Below are positions 1 through 8,607 of a stretch of 64,000 bases of DNA, piece by piece. A program made the position numbers and the translations under genes. Within the stretch, counting starts at the first letter, position 1. Every line of letters begins with the position of its first letter. Below the pieces are notes generated by a model that was not told the DNA's origin, ran no database searches, and saw only the letters and a program-made list of their open reading frames with translations. The stretch covers positions 43 to 64,042 of the forward strand of contig CAYNOS010000009.1 of NCBI GenBank assembly GCA_964398985.1, read 5' to 3'. The stretch is from an uncultured bacterium. Its GTDB lineage: Bacteria; Deinococcota; Deinococci; Deinococcales; Trueperaceae.

Positions 1-47
1 TCCTTCGTTCGTTGTGATATTGGAGAGCTACGGCAGCCTTACGGCGT

Positions 48-683
48 TCAGTTACCACCCCCGTCCAGCAGCAACGCCTGAACCGCTTCGCCGCGCAGCA
101 GGCCGCGCATCACGCCGTCGATGTGCAGTTCGGCTGCCGGCACCACGATGGTGGGGTAGGCGGGATTGTGGGGGCGGAGACGGTATCTCTTGCGCCTCGC
201 TACGGGGCCCTGCCACTCGAGGTACTTGAGCGTGCTCTCGTCCTCGCCCACGCGCACCGCGCAGATCTCACCGGAGCGTTGCGGCTGCGTCCGTTGCAGC
301 AGGACCACGTCCCCGTGCTCGATGCGATCGGCCATCGAGTCTCCCCGCACGCGCAGGGCGAACTGGTCTGGCATAGCGCGCAATCCGAGGTGGCCCTCAG
401 GTTCTGGATAGCTGCCGACGGGCACCCCGGCGGCGATCTCACCGAAGAGCGGCAAGCCGCGAGGGATGGTGCGCAAGGTAAGCCGAGGGCTGCGACCAGG
501 ACCACGGCTCTCCAGCGTCAACTCGCCCTTGGCCTGCAAGGCTTCCAAGTGCTCGCGCAGCGTCGGGTAGCTGATGCCGAAGCTGCGTGCCAGGGCGCTC
601 AGTTCGAGAGGTCCGTCACCGCGCTCCTGCGCGGCGCGCAAGGCCTCGAGGATCTGCAGTTGACGGATGGGGCGGGGCGGCAC
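48..683 (-). CDS. lexA: LexA-type repressor (wHTH + S24 self-cleaving peptidase)
   Basis: N-terminal wHTH (LSALARSFGISYPTLREHLEALQ). Ala-Gly cleavage context (GEIAAGVP). S24 core (LRVRGDSM ... STLKYL). GTG start at 683 is preceded by GGAGAGGAG. Confidence 0.9.
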   Translation of the reverse strand: MPPRPIRQLQILEALRAAQERGDGPLELSALARSFGISYPTLREHLEALQAKGELTLESRGPGRSPRLTLRTIPRGLPLFGEIAAGVPVGSYPEPEGHLGLRAMPDQFALRVRGDSMADRIEHGDVVLLQRTQPQRSGEICAVRVGEDESTLKYLEWQGPVARRKRYRLRPHNPAYPTIVVPAAELHIDGVMRGLLRGEAVQALLLDGGGN

Positions 684-704
684 TGTGAACTCCTCTCCGA
701 ACGA

Positions 705-721
705 CCCTTAGAAACTAAGGG
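705..721 (-). promoter_or_regulatory. Perfect palindrome CCCTTAG-N3-CTAAGGG; candidate LexA operator (SOS box)
   Basis: 7-bp arms with a 3-nt spacer. It lies 6 nt downstream of the predicted -10 and upstream of the lexA RBS. Confidence 0.5.
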
Positions 722-727
722 TAACAC

Positions 728-756
728 AGAATAGGAGGAGCCGCCGGCCCTGTCAA
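728..756 (-). promoter_or_regulatory. Predicted sigma70-type promoter of lexA
   Basis: Minus strand reads TTGACA (751-756), a 17-nt spacer, then TATTCT (728-733). Confidence 0.55.
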
Positions 757-800
757 CCGGGTTGGAGCCTAGTACAAAGGACGCACGATCGCTGCAGGCC

Positions 801-1700
801 CTACCGACGAACGGTCCGGACCGACCTCACAAGGCGTAGCTCGTCGAGCCTCACCAGCACCACGCCGATGACGATGAGCAGTCCACCCAGCAGCTGCGCA
901 GGCCCCGGCAGTTCGCGTAGCAGCAGCCACGCCCACAGCACGGCGAAGCCAACCTCGCTCAGAGCGATGACCGAAGCCAGCCTCGGCCCCAACCGCCGCG
1001 CCGCGCCGATTCCGACCGAATAGGCCATCGCCGTCGAGAACAGCGCCAACATCGCCACGGCCGCCCACCAAGGCAGCAGCGCTCCCAGCAGCCCAACCTC
1101 GCCAACCTGCCAGCGAAACTCGACCAGCCCGATAGCACTGGCCGCGAGGAGCGCCACCGCGCCCACGATGAGCCCTCCAGCCGCCGTCGCCATCCCGGGC
1201 AGGCCGTGACTCACGTCAGCCGAGATCAAGAAGTAAGCCGCCAGCCCCACCGCCGCCAGCAGCCCCCACAAGACTCCGACAGGGTCCGAGCGAGAGGCGC
1301 CGAAGACGTCGAGCATCAGCGCAAGTCCCGCCAAGGCGAAGCCGGCGCCGACCAGGGTCAACGGTTGTGGCCTCTGTCCTCGCCGCAACCACAGCCACAG
1401 CACGACCAGTACGACGCCGGAGTACTCGATGAGCAGCGCAACCGCCACCGACAGCCGCTCCACGGCGAAGAAGAAGGCCAGCTGGCAAGTGGCAACGGCG
1501 AGCAGCCCGAAGAGCACGACGCTCGGCCAACCCTCGCGCAGCAGCTGCCAGCGCCCCCGCAGCTGGAACGCGGCTGGCACTGCCAGCACCAACGCCGCCC
1601 CCACCACACGCCAGGTGACGGCCGCCGCAGGGCTCCAACCGGCACCCAGCAGTCCCTTCGCGAGCGCTCCAGAGGCACCGAAAGCCAGGGCGGACAACAC
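801..1700 (-). CDS. EamA/DMT family transporter
   Basis: About 10 hydrophobic helices, Ala/Leu/Gly-rich, with a two-fold EamA-like architecture. Confidence 0.75.
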   Translation of the reverse strand: MLSALAFGASGALAKGLLGAGWSPAAAVTWRVVGAALVLAVPAAFQLRGRWQLLREGWPSVVLFGLLAVATCQLAFFFAVERLSVAVALLIEYSGVVLVVLWLWLRRGQRPQPLTLVGAGFALAGLALMLDVFGASRSDPVGVLWGLLAAVGLAAYFLISADVSHGLPGMATAAGGLIVGAVALLAASAIGLVEFRWQVGEVGLLGALLPWWAAVAMLALFSTAMAYSVGIGAARRLGPRLASVIALSEVGFAVLWAWLLLRELPGPAQLLGGLLIVIGVVLVRLDELRLVRSVRTVRR

Positions 1701-1774
1701 CGCCAGCGCCAGCCCACTCCCGAACCTGCCTGGTATGAGATCCTCCTCGGTCCGCCCCTCAGGACCTCAGCACG

Positions 1775-3601
1775 TCAGTCGCCGGCGGCCGCCAGCGACT
1801 CGAGCTCGGCCACGTGACGTTCGAGCACTGCGAAGGCGCGCTCGATGGGCTCTGCGGTCGTGAAGTCGAGACCGGCGATCTCCCATGCCTCGATCGGCGA
1901 CACCGAGGCGCCCGCGCGCAGCATCGCCAAGTAGCGTTCTGCGGCGCCATCGACGCCGCGGTAGACGTCGTCGGCCAGAGCGGCCGCTGCTGCGATGCCG
2001 GCCGCGTATTGGAACGTGTAGAACGGCACGTAGAGATGACCGAACTGCGCCCACGTGATTCCGGTGCGCTCGTCGGCGACGATCTCCTCGCCGTAACCCT
2101 CCTGGTAGAGCGAGCGCATGATCTCGTTGAGACGGCCCGACGTCAGGCCCTCGCCACGTTCGACCGCGCCGTGCACCGCCAGTTCGAAGCGCACCAGCGT
2201 CGGCATGATGAAGAAGTAGCGGTGGAAGTTCTGGAACGCCTCCTCGAGCACAGCCAGCCTGCCCGCCGGATCTGTGAGCGTCTCCAGCAGGTGGCTCCTC
2301 ACCAATGCCTGGTTGAAGTTCGAGGCGGTTTCGGCGACCACCATCGCGTAGGTCGTGTAGGCAAGCGGCTGCACCTCGTGCATCAGGACGCCGTGCATCG
2401 CGTGCCCCAGCTCGTGGGCCAGCGTCGAGAGGCTGGCCAGGTCGCCCTGATAGCTCATCATGATGTAGGGTCTCGCGCCGGGCGGGTGGTTCGCGAAGGC
2501 CCCATCACGCTTGCCGCGGTTCGGATAGACGTCCACCCAGCGGTCGCGCTCCAGGCCTCGACGCATCTTGCCGACGTAATCCTCTCCCAGCGGAGCCATG
2601 CCCGCGACTATCCAGTCGATCGCGGTCTGGTACGAAACCGGGAACTCTTCCTTGCCTAGCGGCGCGAAGAGATCGGCTTCCTCGAGCTTGTCGACTCCCA
2701 ACAGCCGCCGCCTGGCCGCGAAGTAGCGGTGCCAGACGCCAAGGTTGGCGGAGAAGGTGTCGACGACGGCGTCCAGCACGCTCAGCGGCACCTCACGGGG
2801 CTTGAGCTGTTCCTCGACCGTGCTTGCGTAGCCGCGGGCGCGTGAGGTGAACACGCTCTGCTTGACGCGGCCAAGGTACAACTCGGTCAACGTGTCCGAG
2901 AACTTGAGGAAGCCGTCGCTGAACGCAGCGTGTGCGTTGCGTCTGAGCGTGCGGTCGCGTGATGCCCGCAGCGCGGGCTGGGTGCTGCGGGCGACCTCGT
3001 GCTCGGCGCCGCTGGCGTCGGAGGCGTAGCCGAACGCGATCTCACCGTTGGCGAGGGCGTTGTACGCGCGCTCGGCGGCGCCGAACGCGTCGCTGGTGGC
3101 GCCCAACAGGGTCTCGACCTCGGCTGACCTGATGTGGTCCTTCGCCGTCTCCAGGCGCTCGAAGTAGCGCGCCAACTTGGCCAAGCGCTCGTCTTCGGCC
3201 TGCCATGCCTCCAGGGTGGCGGAGCCGATGGCCAAGAGCTCCGGCTGCACGAACGCGACGGCGCTGGCGAAGCGCGCCGCCAGCGCCTGGAAGCGGCCCG
3301 CCTCGGCGCGCGCGGGAGCATCGCCCTGGTCAACGGAGACCGGCAGGTTCGCGTATGCGCGCAGCCTGGCCATGCGGCCCAGAGAGTCCCAATAGGCGTC
3401 CATGAACTCGCCGAGCGCGCCGGCGTTCTTGCCGAGTTGCCCACGGAAGGCGGCGAGAGACGTGAGCTCTTGCTCGGCTCTGGCGAACTCGGCTCGATAC
3501 GCTTCGGGTGTGGGGTAGAGCGCGGTCAGGTCCCAGGTGAACGCCGGATCGACCTCGGAGCGGGCGGGCAGCGGCTGTCGGTGTGCAGCGGTATCGGTCA
3601 C
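1775..3601 (-). CDS. pepF: Oligoendopeptidase F (M3B metallopeptidase)
   Basis: 608 aa with the zinc motif TLAHELGHAMHG. Length and N-terminal region match the PepF family. Confidence 0.85.
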   Translation of the reverse strand: MTDTAAHRQPLPARSEVDPAFTWDLTALYPTPEAYRAEFARAEQELTSLAAFRGQLGKNAGALGEFMDAYWDSLGRMARLRAYANLPVSVDQGDAPARAEAGRFQALAARFASAVAFVQPELLAIGSATLEAWQAEDERLAKLARYFERLETAKDHIRSAEVETLLGATSDAFGAAERAYNALANGEIAFGYASDASGAEHEVARSTQPALRASRDRTLRRNAHAAFSDGFLKFSDTLTELYLGRVKQSVFTSRARGYASTVEEQLKPREVPLSVLDAVVDTFSANLGVWHRYFAARRRLLGVDKLEEADLFAPLGKEEFPVSYQTAIDWIVAGMAPLGEDYVGKMRRGLERDRWVDVYPNRGKRDGAFANHPPGARPYIMMSYQGDLASLSTLAHELGHAMHGVLMHEVQPLAYTTYAMVVAETASNFNQALVRSHLLETLTDPAGRLAVLEEAFQNFHRYFFIMPTLVRFELAVHGAVERGEGLTSGRLNEIMRSLYQEGYGEEIVADERTGITWAQFGHLYVPFYTFQYAAGIAAAAALADDVYRGVDGAAERYLAMLRAGASVSPIEAWEIAGLDFTTAEPIERAFAVLERHVAELESLAAAGD

Positions 3602-3610
3602 GTAGAGAGT

Positions 3611-4519
3611 CTATGACGCCCTGGGATCCAGCGCGTCCCTCACCGCATCGCCGAGCAGATTGAAGCCCAGCACGGTCAGCGACACTGCTGCGCCGGGGAA
3701 GACCATCAGCCAGGTGGCGCCGGGCAGATAGCGCCTGCCGCGCGCCAACATCTCGCCCCAATCCGACACCGGCGGCTGCACGCCGAGACCCAGGAACGAG
3801 AGCCCAGCTATCGCCATGATCGCGAAGCCGATCCCGAGCGTGGCCTGAACCACCACTGGCCCGACGGCGCTGGGCAGGACGTGGCGCACCATCACGCGCC
3901 ACTGGCCGGCGCCCAGCGCACCGGCGGCCTGGACGTACTCCTCCTCCTTGGAGGCGAGCACCACGCTGCGCACGATGCGCGCGTACTCCGGGATGCCGAC
4001 GATGCTGATCGCGATGACGGCATTGACGAGACCCGGCCCCAGCGTGCCGACCACAGCCAACGCCAGCAGCAGGCTAGGGAATGCCAACAGCACGTCCATC
4101 AAGCGCATCAGCAGCCCGTCGATGCGCCCACCGCTGAATCCGGCCAGCAACCCGATCAAGGCGCCGATGGTCAGTGCCACGACCACCGGCACCAGACCCG
4201 TCAGCAGCGAGATCCTGGCCCCGTGTACGGTGCGCGAGAGCATGCTGCGACCGAATTCGTCGGTGCCGAACGGCTGCTCGGCGCTGGGGGGACGCAGCCT
4301 CAGCCGCAAGTTCTGTTGGTCGGGGGGACGGTCAGCGATCAAGGGGGCGAACGCGGCAATCAGCACCATCAGCAGGACGAGGCCACCGCCGACCCACGCG
4401 CTTGGACTGCGACGAAACCGCCGCAGACCCGGGCTGGTGCGGCCCCTACTCGGTGTCGGAACCGCCGAGCTCGTCGTTGGTGCATCAGCCATAGCGCACC
4501 CGAGGGTCGATCGCGGCAT
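3611..4519 (-). CDS. Peptide/nickel ABC transporter permease (DppC/OppC-like)
   Basis: Six TM segments with an EAA-type loop (EEYVQAAGALGAG). It overlaps the upstream permease by 35 nt. Confidence 0.85.
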   Translation of the reverse strand: MPRSTLGCAMADAPTTSSAVPTPSRGRTSPGLRRFRRSPSAWVGGGLVLLMVLIAAFAPLIADRPPDQQNLRLRLRPPSAEQPFGTDEFGRSMLSRTVHGARISLLTGLVPVVVALTIGALIGLLAGFSGGRIDGLLMRLMDVLLAFPSLLLALAVVGTLGPGLVNAVIAISIVGIPEYARIVRSVVLASKEEEYVQAAGALGAGQWRVMVRHVLPSAVGPVVVQATLGIGFAIMAIAGLSFLGLGVQPPVSDWGEMLARGRRYLPGATWLMVFPGAAVSLTVLGFNLLGDAVRDALDPRAS

Positions 4520-5414
4520 AGAGAAGGTCGACGACGAGGTTGACCAGGATGAACGTGAGCGCCAGGACCAGCACGGTGCCCTGAACCAGCGGCAGGTCGC
4601 GGTTGGTGATGGCGTCGACCAGCAACCTGCCGAGTCCGGGCCACGCGAACACGGACTCGGTCAATACGGCGCCGCCCAGCAGGCCTCCGAGCTGCAGGCC
4701 GACGACGGTGATGATCGGCATAAGAGCGTTGCGTAGCGCGTGCTTCACCACCACGAGGCGTTTCGAGACGCCCTTGGCCCTGGCGGTACGAACGTAGTCG
4801 CGCGAGAGCGACTCGATCATCGTTGAGCGGGTGATCCTCGCGATGAAGGCTGCCGAAGAGAGGCCGATGGTGATCGCCGGCAGCACCAGATGGCGCCAGC
4901 TGCCGCTGCCGCTGGCCGGCAGCCAGCGCAACTCGAGGGAGAAGGCGATCATCAGCAGGAAGCCCGACCAGAAGACCGGCACCGACACGCCTACGAGTGC
5001 GATCGCGATGGCCGCGAAGTCGACCAGAGTGCCGCGGCGCAGCGCCGCCATGATGCCGAGCGAGACGCCGAGCACGATCGCCAGGGTCATGCCTGCCAGA
5101 GCCAACGAAGCGGTGGCCGGAGCGCGCTCGACGATCTCCGTGAGAACTGCTCGCCCCGACCTCAGGGAGTCCCCGAGGTCGCCCCTGAGGAGCCGCAGCA
5201 GGTAGTCGAGGTACTGGCGCGGCAGCGGCTCGTCGAGGCCAAGCTGCGTCCTCAACTCCTCGATTGCGGACGCGCTGAGGCCCTGGGCCGACTCTCCCAG
5301 CAGCGCGATGACCGGATCGCCGGGCGTCAACGCCGTCATGATGAACACGACGAACGTGACGCCCAACAGCACGGGCACGGTGCTGGCCAAACGGCCGAGG
5401 GCGTAGTTGAGCAT
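4485..5414 (-). CDS. Peptide/nickel ABC transporter permease (DppB/OppB-like)
   Basis: N-terminus MLNYALGRLASTVPVLLGVTFVVF is typical of DppB. Carries the motif YVRTARAKGVS. Confidence 0.85.
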   Translation of the reverse strand: MLNYALGRLASTVPVLLGVTFVVFIMTALTPGDPVIALLGESAQGLSASAIEELRTQLGLDEPLPRQYLDYLLRLLRGDLGDSLRSGRAVLTEIVERAPATASLALAGMTLAIVLGVSLGIMAALRRGTLVDFAAIAIALVGVSVPVFWSGFLLMIAFSLELRWLPASGSGSWRHLVLPAITIGLSSAAFIARITRSTMIESLSRDYVRTARAKGVSKRLVVVKHALRNALMPIITVVGLQLGGLLGGAVLTESVFAWPGLGRLLVDAITNRDLPLVQGTVLVLALTFILVNLVVDLLYAAIDPRVRYG

Positions 5415-5477
5415 CTTGGGAGGATAGCTGGCGGGCGCCGCAAGTAACGGCGGCGCCCGCCCTGTCGTTGCCGGCGG

Positions 5478-6962
5478 TCAGTCCGTCAGGCTGGCGCTCC
5501 TCAGATCGAGGTAGATCCACGAGAAGGCGACGACTTCGCCTTGGAGACGGTCGCTCTTGACGTAGTTGGAAAGCGGGTAGACGAGCGGGACCATCGTCAC
5601 GGCTGCCTGCGCGCGCTCCTGCACCTGCGCGTAGGCATCGGCGCGCACGGCCGCGTCGGGATCGGCCCGGCCGAGTTCGAGCAAGGCGTCGACCTCGGGA
5701 TCGGAGAAGCGCGAGGCGTTGTTGACCGGGATCTCGCTCGAGTGATAGAAGGCGAAGAGCGTGTAATCCGCATCGAGTGTGACGGTGCCCCACCCGCTGA
5801 TGTAGAGCTCGGTGTCGTCCTTGACCGTCTGTTCGGCGTAGGCGGCGTAAGGCTGTACCCGCACGTCGACGGCGACGCCGATCTCAGAGAACATGAACTG
5901 CAAGGCCTGCGCGATCGTCTCGAGCGGGGCGTTCTGGTAGACGTCGAGAGTCAGCGCGAGGCCGCTGCCGCCCGCCTCGGCGAGCAGGGCGCGGGCGCGC
6001 TCAGGATCGTAAGGGTACGCCTCGTCCTGGTCGACGTGGTAACGGACCGTCGGCGCGATCGCCGAGACGGCCGGGCTAGCCTGCCCGCGCAGCAATTCCT
6101 CCGCGATCAGCTCCTTGTCGATCGCGTGGGCCAGGGCCTGGCGCACGCGGATGTCAGCGAGCTTCGGGTTGGCGCTGTTGAACCCGACCAGGTGAGTCCC
6201 CCAACCGGGAAAGGCGCGGGACTCGAGACCGGCCTCCCCGGCCAGCGCGTCGTAGTTGTCGGCAGGCAGAGTGAAGGCGATGTCCACTCCTCCGGTCTGC
6301 AGCTCGACGACCTGCGTGCTGATCTCAGGGATGATCCTGATCACGACCTCGTCGATCGCGGCCTCGCCGCCCCAGTAGTCGGGGTAGGCACGCAACACGA
6401 CCTCGCTGTTGTCGACCCAGTTGACGAACTGGAAGGGCCCGCTGCCGATGGGCTGGCGGGCGAGCGTGTCGGAGTGCGCGACGGGCACGATCGCGGTCAC
6501 CGGGTGTGCCAGGTGAGCCAGAAGCGGGGCGAACGGAGCAGTCGTGACGATGTCGACGGTCGTCTCGTCGATCGCCGTCACCGCGCTGATGGCGGCCAGC
6601 ACGAAACGTCCCGGGCGCGTCGCGGACGGGTCCAAGAAGCGTTCGAGGGAGGCGACGACGGCCTCGGCGTCGAGCGCGGAGCCGTCGTGGAACGTCACGC
6701 CCTCTCGCAAGACCAGGCGCAGGGTGTTGGCGTCCGGGTAGCTCCACGAGGCAGCCAGGCCCGGCACCGCTTCAGCAGCCGGACTCAGGCGTACGAGGGT
6801 CTCGTAGACCTGGTTCGTGACTCCGAAGGTCAACCCATTGAAGGTGGCGTGTGGGTCGAGAGTCGGCGGGTTGCCCGACGAAGCGATCGTGAGGCGTTGG
6901 GCCGAGGCGATGGATCCGCCAACGATAGCGATGGCGAGAAGTGACAGCAGCAATCTTCGCAT
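5478..6962 (-). CDS. ABC transporter substrate-binding protein, family 5 (peptide/nickel)
   Basis: Family-5 SBP length and motifs. I prefer the internal ATG at 6962, which gives the signal peptide MRRLLLSLLAIAIVGGSIASA, over the track start at 7070. Confidence 0.8.
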   Translation of the reverse strand: MRRLLLSLLAIAIVGGSIASAQRLTIASSGNPPTLDPHATFNGLTFGVTNQVYETLVRLSPAAEAVPGLAASWSYPDANTLRLVLREGVTFHDGSALDAEAVVASLERFLDPSATRPGRFVLAAISAVTAIDETTVDIVTTAPFAPLLAHLAHPVTAIVPVAHSDTLARQPIGSGPFQFVNWVDNSEVVLRAYPDYWGGEAAIDEVVIRIIPEISTQVVELQTGGVDIAFTLPADNYDALAGEAGLESRAFPGWGTHLVGFNSANPKLADIRVRQALAHAIDKELIAEELLRGQASPAVSAIAPTVRYHVDQDEAYPYDPERARALLAEAGGSGLALTLDVYQNAPLETIAQALQFMFSEIGVAVDVRVQPYAAYAEQTVKDDTELYISGWGTVTLDADYTLFAFYHSSEIPVNNASRFSDPEVDALLELGRADPDAAVRADAYAQVQERAQAAVTMVPLVYPLSNYVKSDRLQGEVVAFSWIYLDLRSASLTD

Positions 6963-7126
6963 GAGCTCGAGGTCTCCTTCGTCCCGGTTGCCGACTGGCG
7001 TCGGGCCGGTGAGCAGCAGGTTATTGCGCCTGCCCGCATGAAGCGTGTTCCGGGGCCGACGTGCGAGCACGGCCGGCCCCGGAACGAGTCGGGAACTGTG
7101 TATCGGCGGCTCGGGGCCGCAAGCCT

Positions 7127-8443
7127 TCAGGCCAGGACGTTGAGCGCCTTGTCGAGCGCCTCGAGCCCGAACTCGAGATCTGGTCTCGCGATGGTCAAGG
7201 GCGGGGTGATCAGCATGACGTTGTAGCGACCGAACGCGTAGACGCCTTCCTTGCGCAGGGCTGCCGTGAGCTTGGCGGCCGGGGTGTTATCACCGCCGTA
7301 CCAAGGGACCAGCGGCTCTCTCGTCGCTTGGTCCTTGACCAGCTCGATGGCGAAGAACGCTCCGACGCCGCGCGCGTCGCCGACGACGCCGTGGTTGGCC
7401 TTGAGCGCGCTCAGGCCTTGTTGCATCAGCGGCTCCAACTCCTTCGCTCGCTGGAACAGGCCCTCCTGCTTCATCGCCTTGACGGTGGCGAGCCCGGTCG
7501 CCATCGCCAGCGGGTGGCCGGCATAGGTGTGGCCGCACATCAGCGCGTTGTCATCGAAGTGGCTCGCCAGCTTCTCACGCACCAGCACGCCGCCGAGAGG
7601 GATGTAGGCGGAGGCCACGCCCTTCGCGAACACGATCATGTCGGGGGTGACGTCGAAGCGCTGCGACGCGAAGGTGTCACCAGTCCGCCCGAAGCCGGTC
7701 ATCACCTCGTCGAAGATCAACACGATGCCATGTTCGGCTGTGATGCGGCGCAGCCCCGCCAGGTAGCCCTCGGGGTAGACGATCACGCCGTTGGAGCCGA
7801 CGACCGGCTCGATGAGCAGCGCGGCGACGTTGTGAGCCCCTTCGAAGGTGAGAACCGTCTCGAGGTGCTCCAGTGCACGCTGAGTCTCGGTCTCGGGGTC
7901 CTCGGTGAAGAACGGGCTGCGATACGGGTAAGGCGTGAAGAAGTGGACCACGCCGGGCATGCCGGGCTCGTTGGCCCAACGCCGGTCCTCGCCGGTCAGC
8001 GAGCCGGCACCCGGTGCGGAACCGTGGAATGAGCGGTAGCCGACGAGCACCTTGTGACGCCCCGTGATCATGCGGGACATCTTGACTGCGTCCTCGTTGG
8101 CCTCGCCCCCGCCGGTGGTGAAGAAAGCGCGGGCGCCTTCGTCCCACGGCGAGATCTCAGAGAGGATTTCGGCGAACTCGGAGCGGGTGTCGTTCCTCAT
8201 CGAGGGCGCCACGTAGCAGACGCGCTCGGCCTGTTCCTTGATCGCCGCTACGACGGCTGGGTGCCCGTGCCCGAGGTTCACTGCCACGAGGCCGGCCGAG
8301 AGATCGAGGTACTTGCTACCGGCGTCGTCGTACAGGTACGAGCCTTGGGCCCGGACGATCGTGGGCGTGCTGATCGCCCCTTGTTTGCTCCACGGGGTGA
8401 GGACGTGGCGGTGGCTTCTGGCGGTGGCTGTTGAAGCTGACAT
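7127..8443 (-). CDS. Class-III PLP-dependent aminotransferase (omega-aminotransferase type)
   Basis: Motifs LIFDEVMTGFGRTG and GHTYAGHP. I prefer the ATG at 8443, which has GGAG 7 nt upstream; the track start at 8569 adds an Arg-rich extension. Confidence 0.8.
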   Translation of the reverse strand: MSASTATARSHRHVLTPWSKQGAISTPTIVRAQGSYLYDDAGSKYLDLSAGLVAVNLGHGHPAVVAAIKEQAERVCYVAPSMRNDTRSEFAEILSEISPWDEGARAFFTTGGGEANEDAVKMSRMITGRHKVLVGYRSFHGSAPGAGSLTGEDRRWANEPGMPGVVHFFTPYPYRSPFFTEDPETETQRALEHLETVLTFEGAHNVAALLIEPVVGSNGVIVYPEGYLAGLRRITAEHGIVLIFDEVMTGFGRTGDTFASQRFDVTPDMIVFAKGVASAYIPLGGVLVREKLASHFDDNALMCGHTYAGHPLAMATGLATVKAMKQEGLFQRAKELEPLMQQGLSALKANHGVVGDARGVGAFFAIELVKDQATREPLVPWYGGDNTPAAKLTAALRKEGVYAFGRYNVMLITPPLTIARPDLEFGLEALDKALNVLA

Positions 8444-8607
8444 ACCCGGGCTCCTTACACACACGGGCCGCCGCAAGAGGTGGGCGGCCGTTAGTCCGAA
8501 GCCTACAGCAAAGTGCATAGGTACGCGTGCCGACCGGACCGGGAGCCGCCACAACCGCCGCGTGCTCATGCCGCCGGCCCAGGCCGCTCTCGCGGTAGAA
8601 CTGGTCA

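Noticed and set aside
5541-6944. Long antisense ORFs opposite well-supported genes: 5541-6944, 4369-5793, 18018-19334, 26922-28082, 35099-36445, 51935-53413 and 58545-59489.
   Set aside because: Their translations are Arg/Gly/Pro/Asp-rich low complexity with no motifs. Each lies fully inside or across a gene with clear family signatures on the other strand. These are the shadow frames typical of GC-rich DNA.
7071-8569. N-terminal extensions of the track ORFs for the SBP (to 7070) and the aminotransferase (to 8569).
   Set aside because: The extensions are Arg-rich and precede an obvious signal peptide (SBP) or an RBS-preceded ATG (aminotransferase). I trimmed both to the internal starts.
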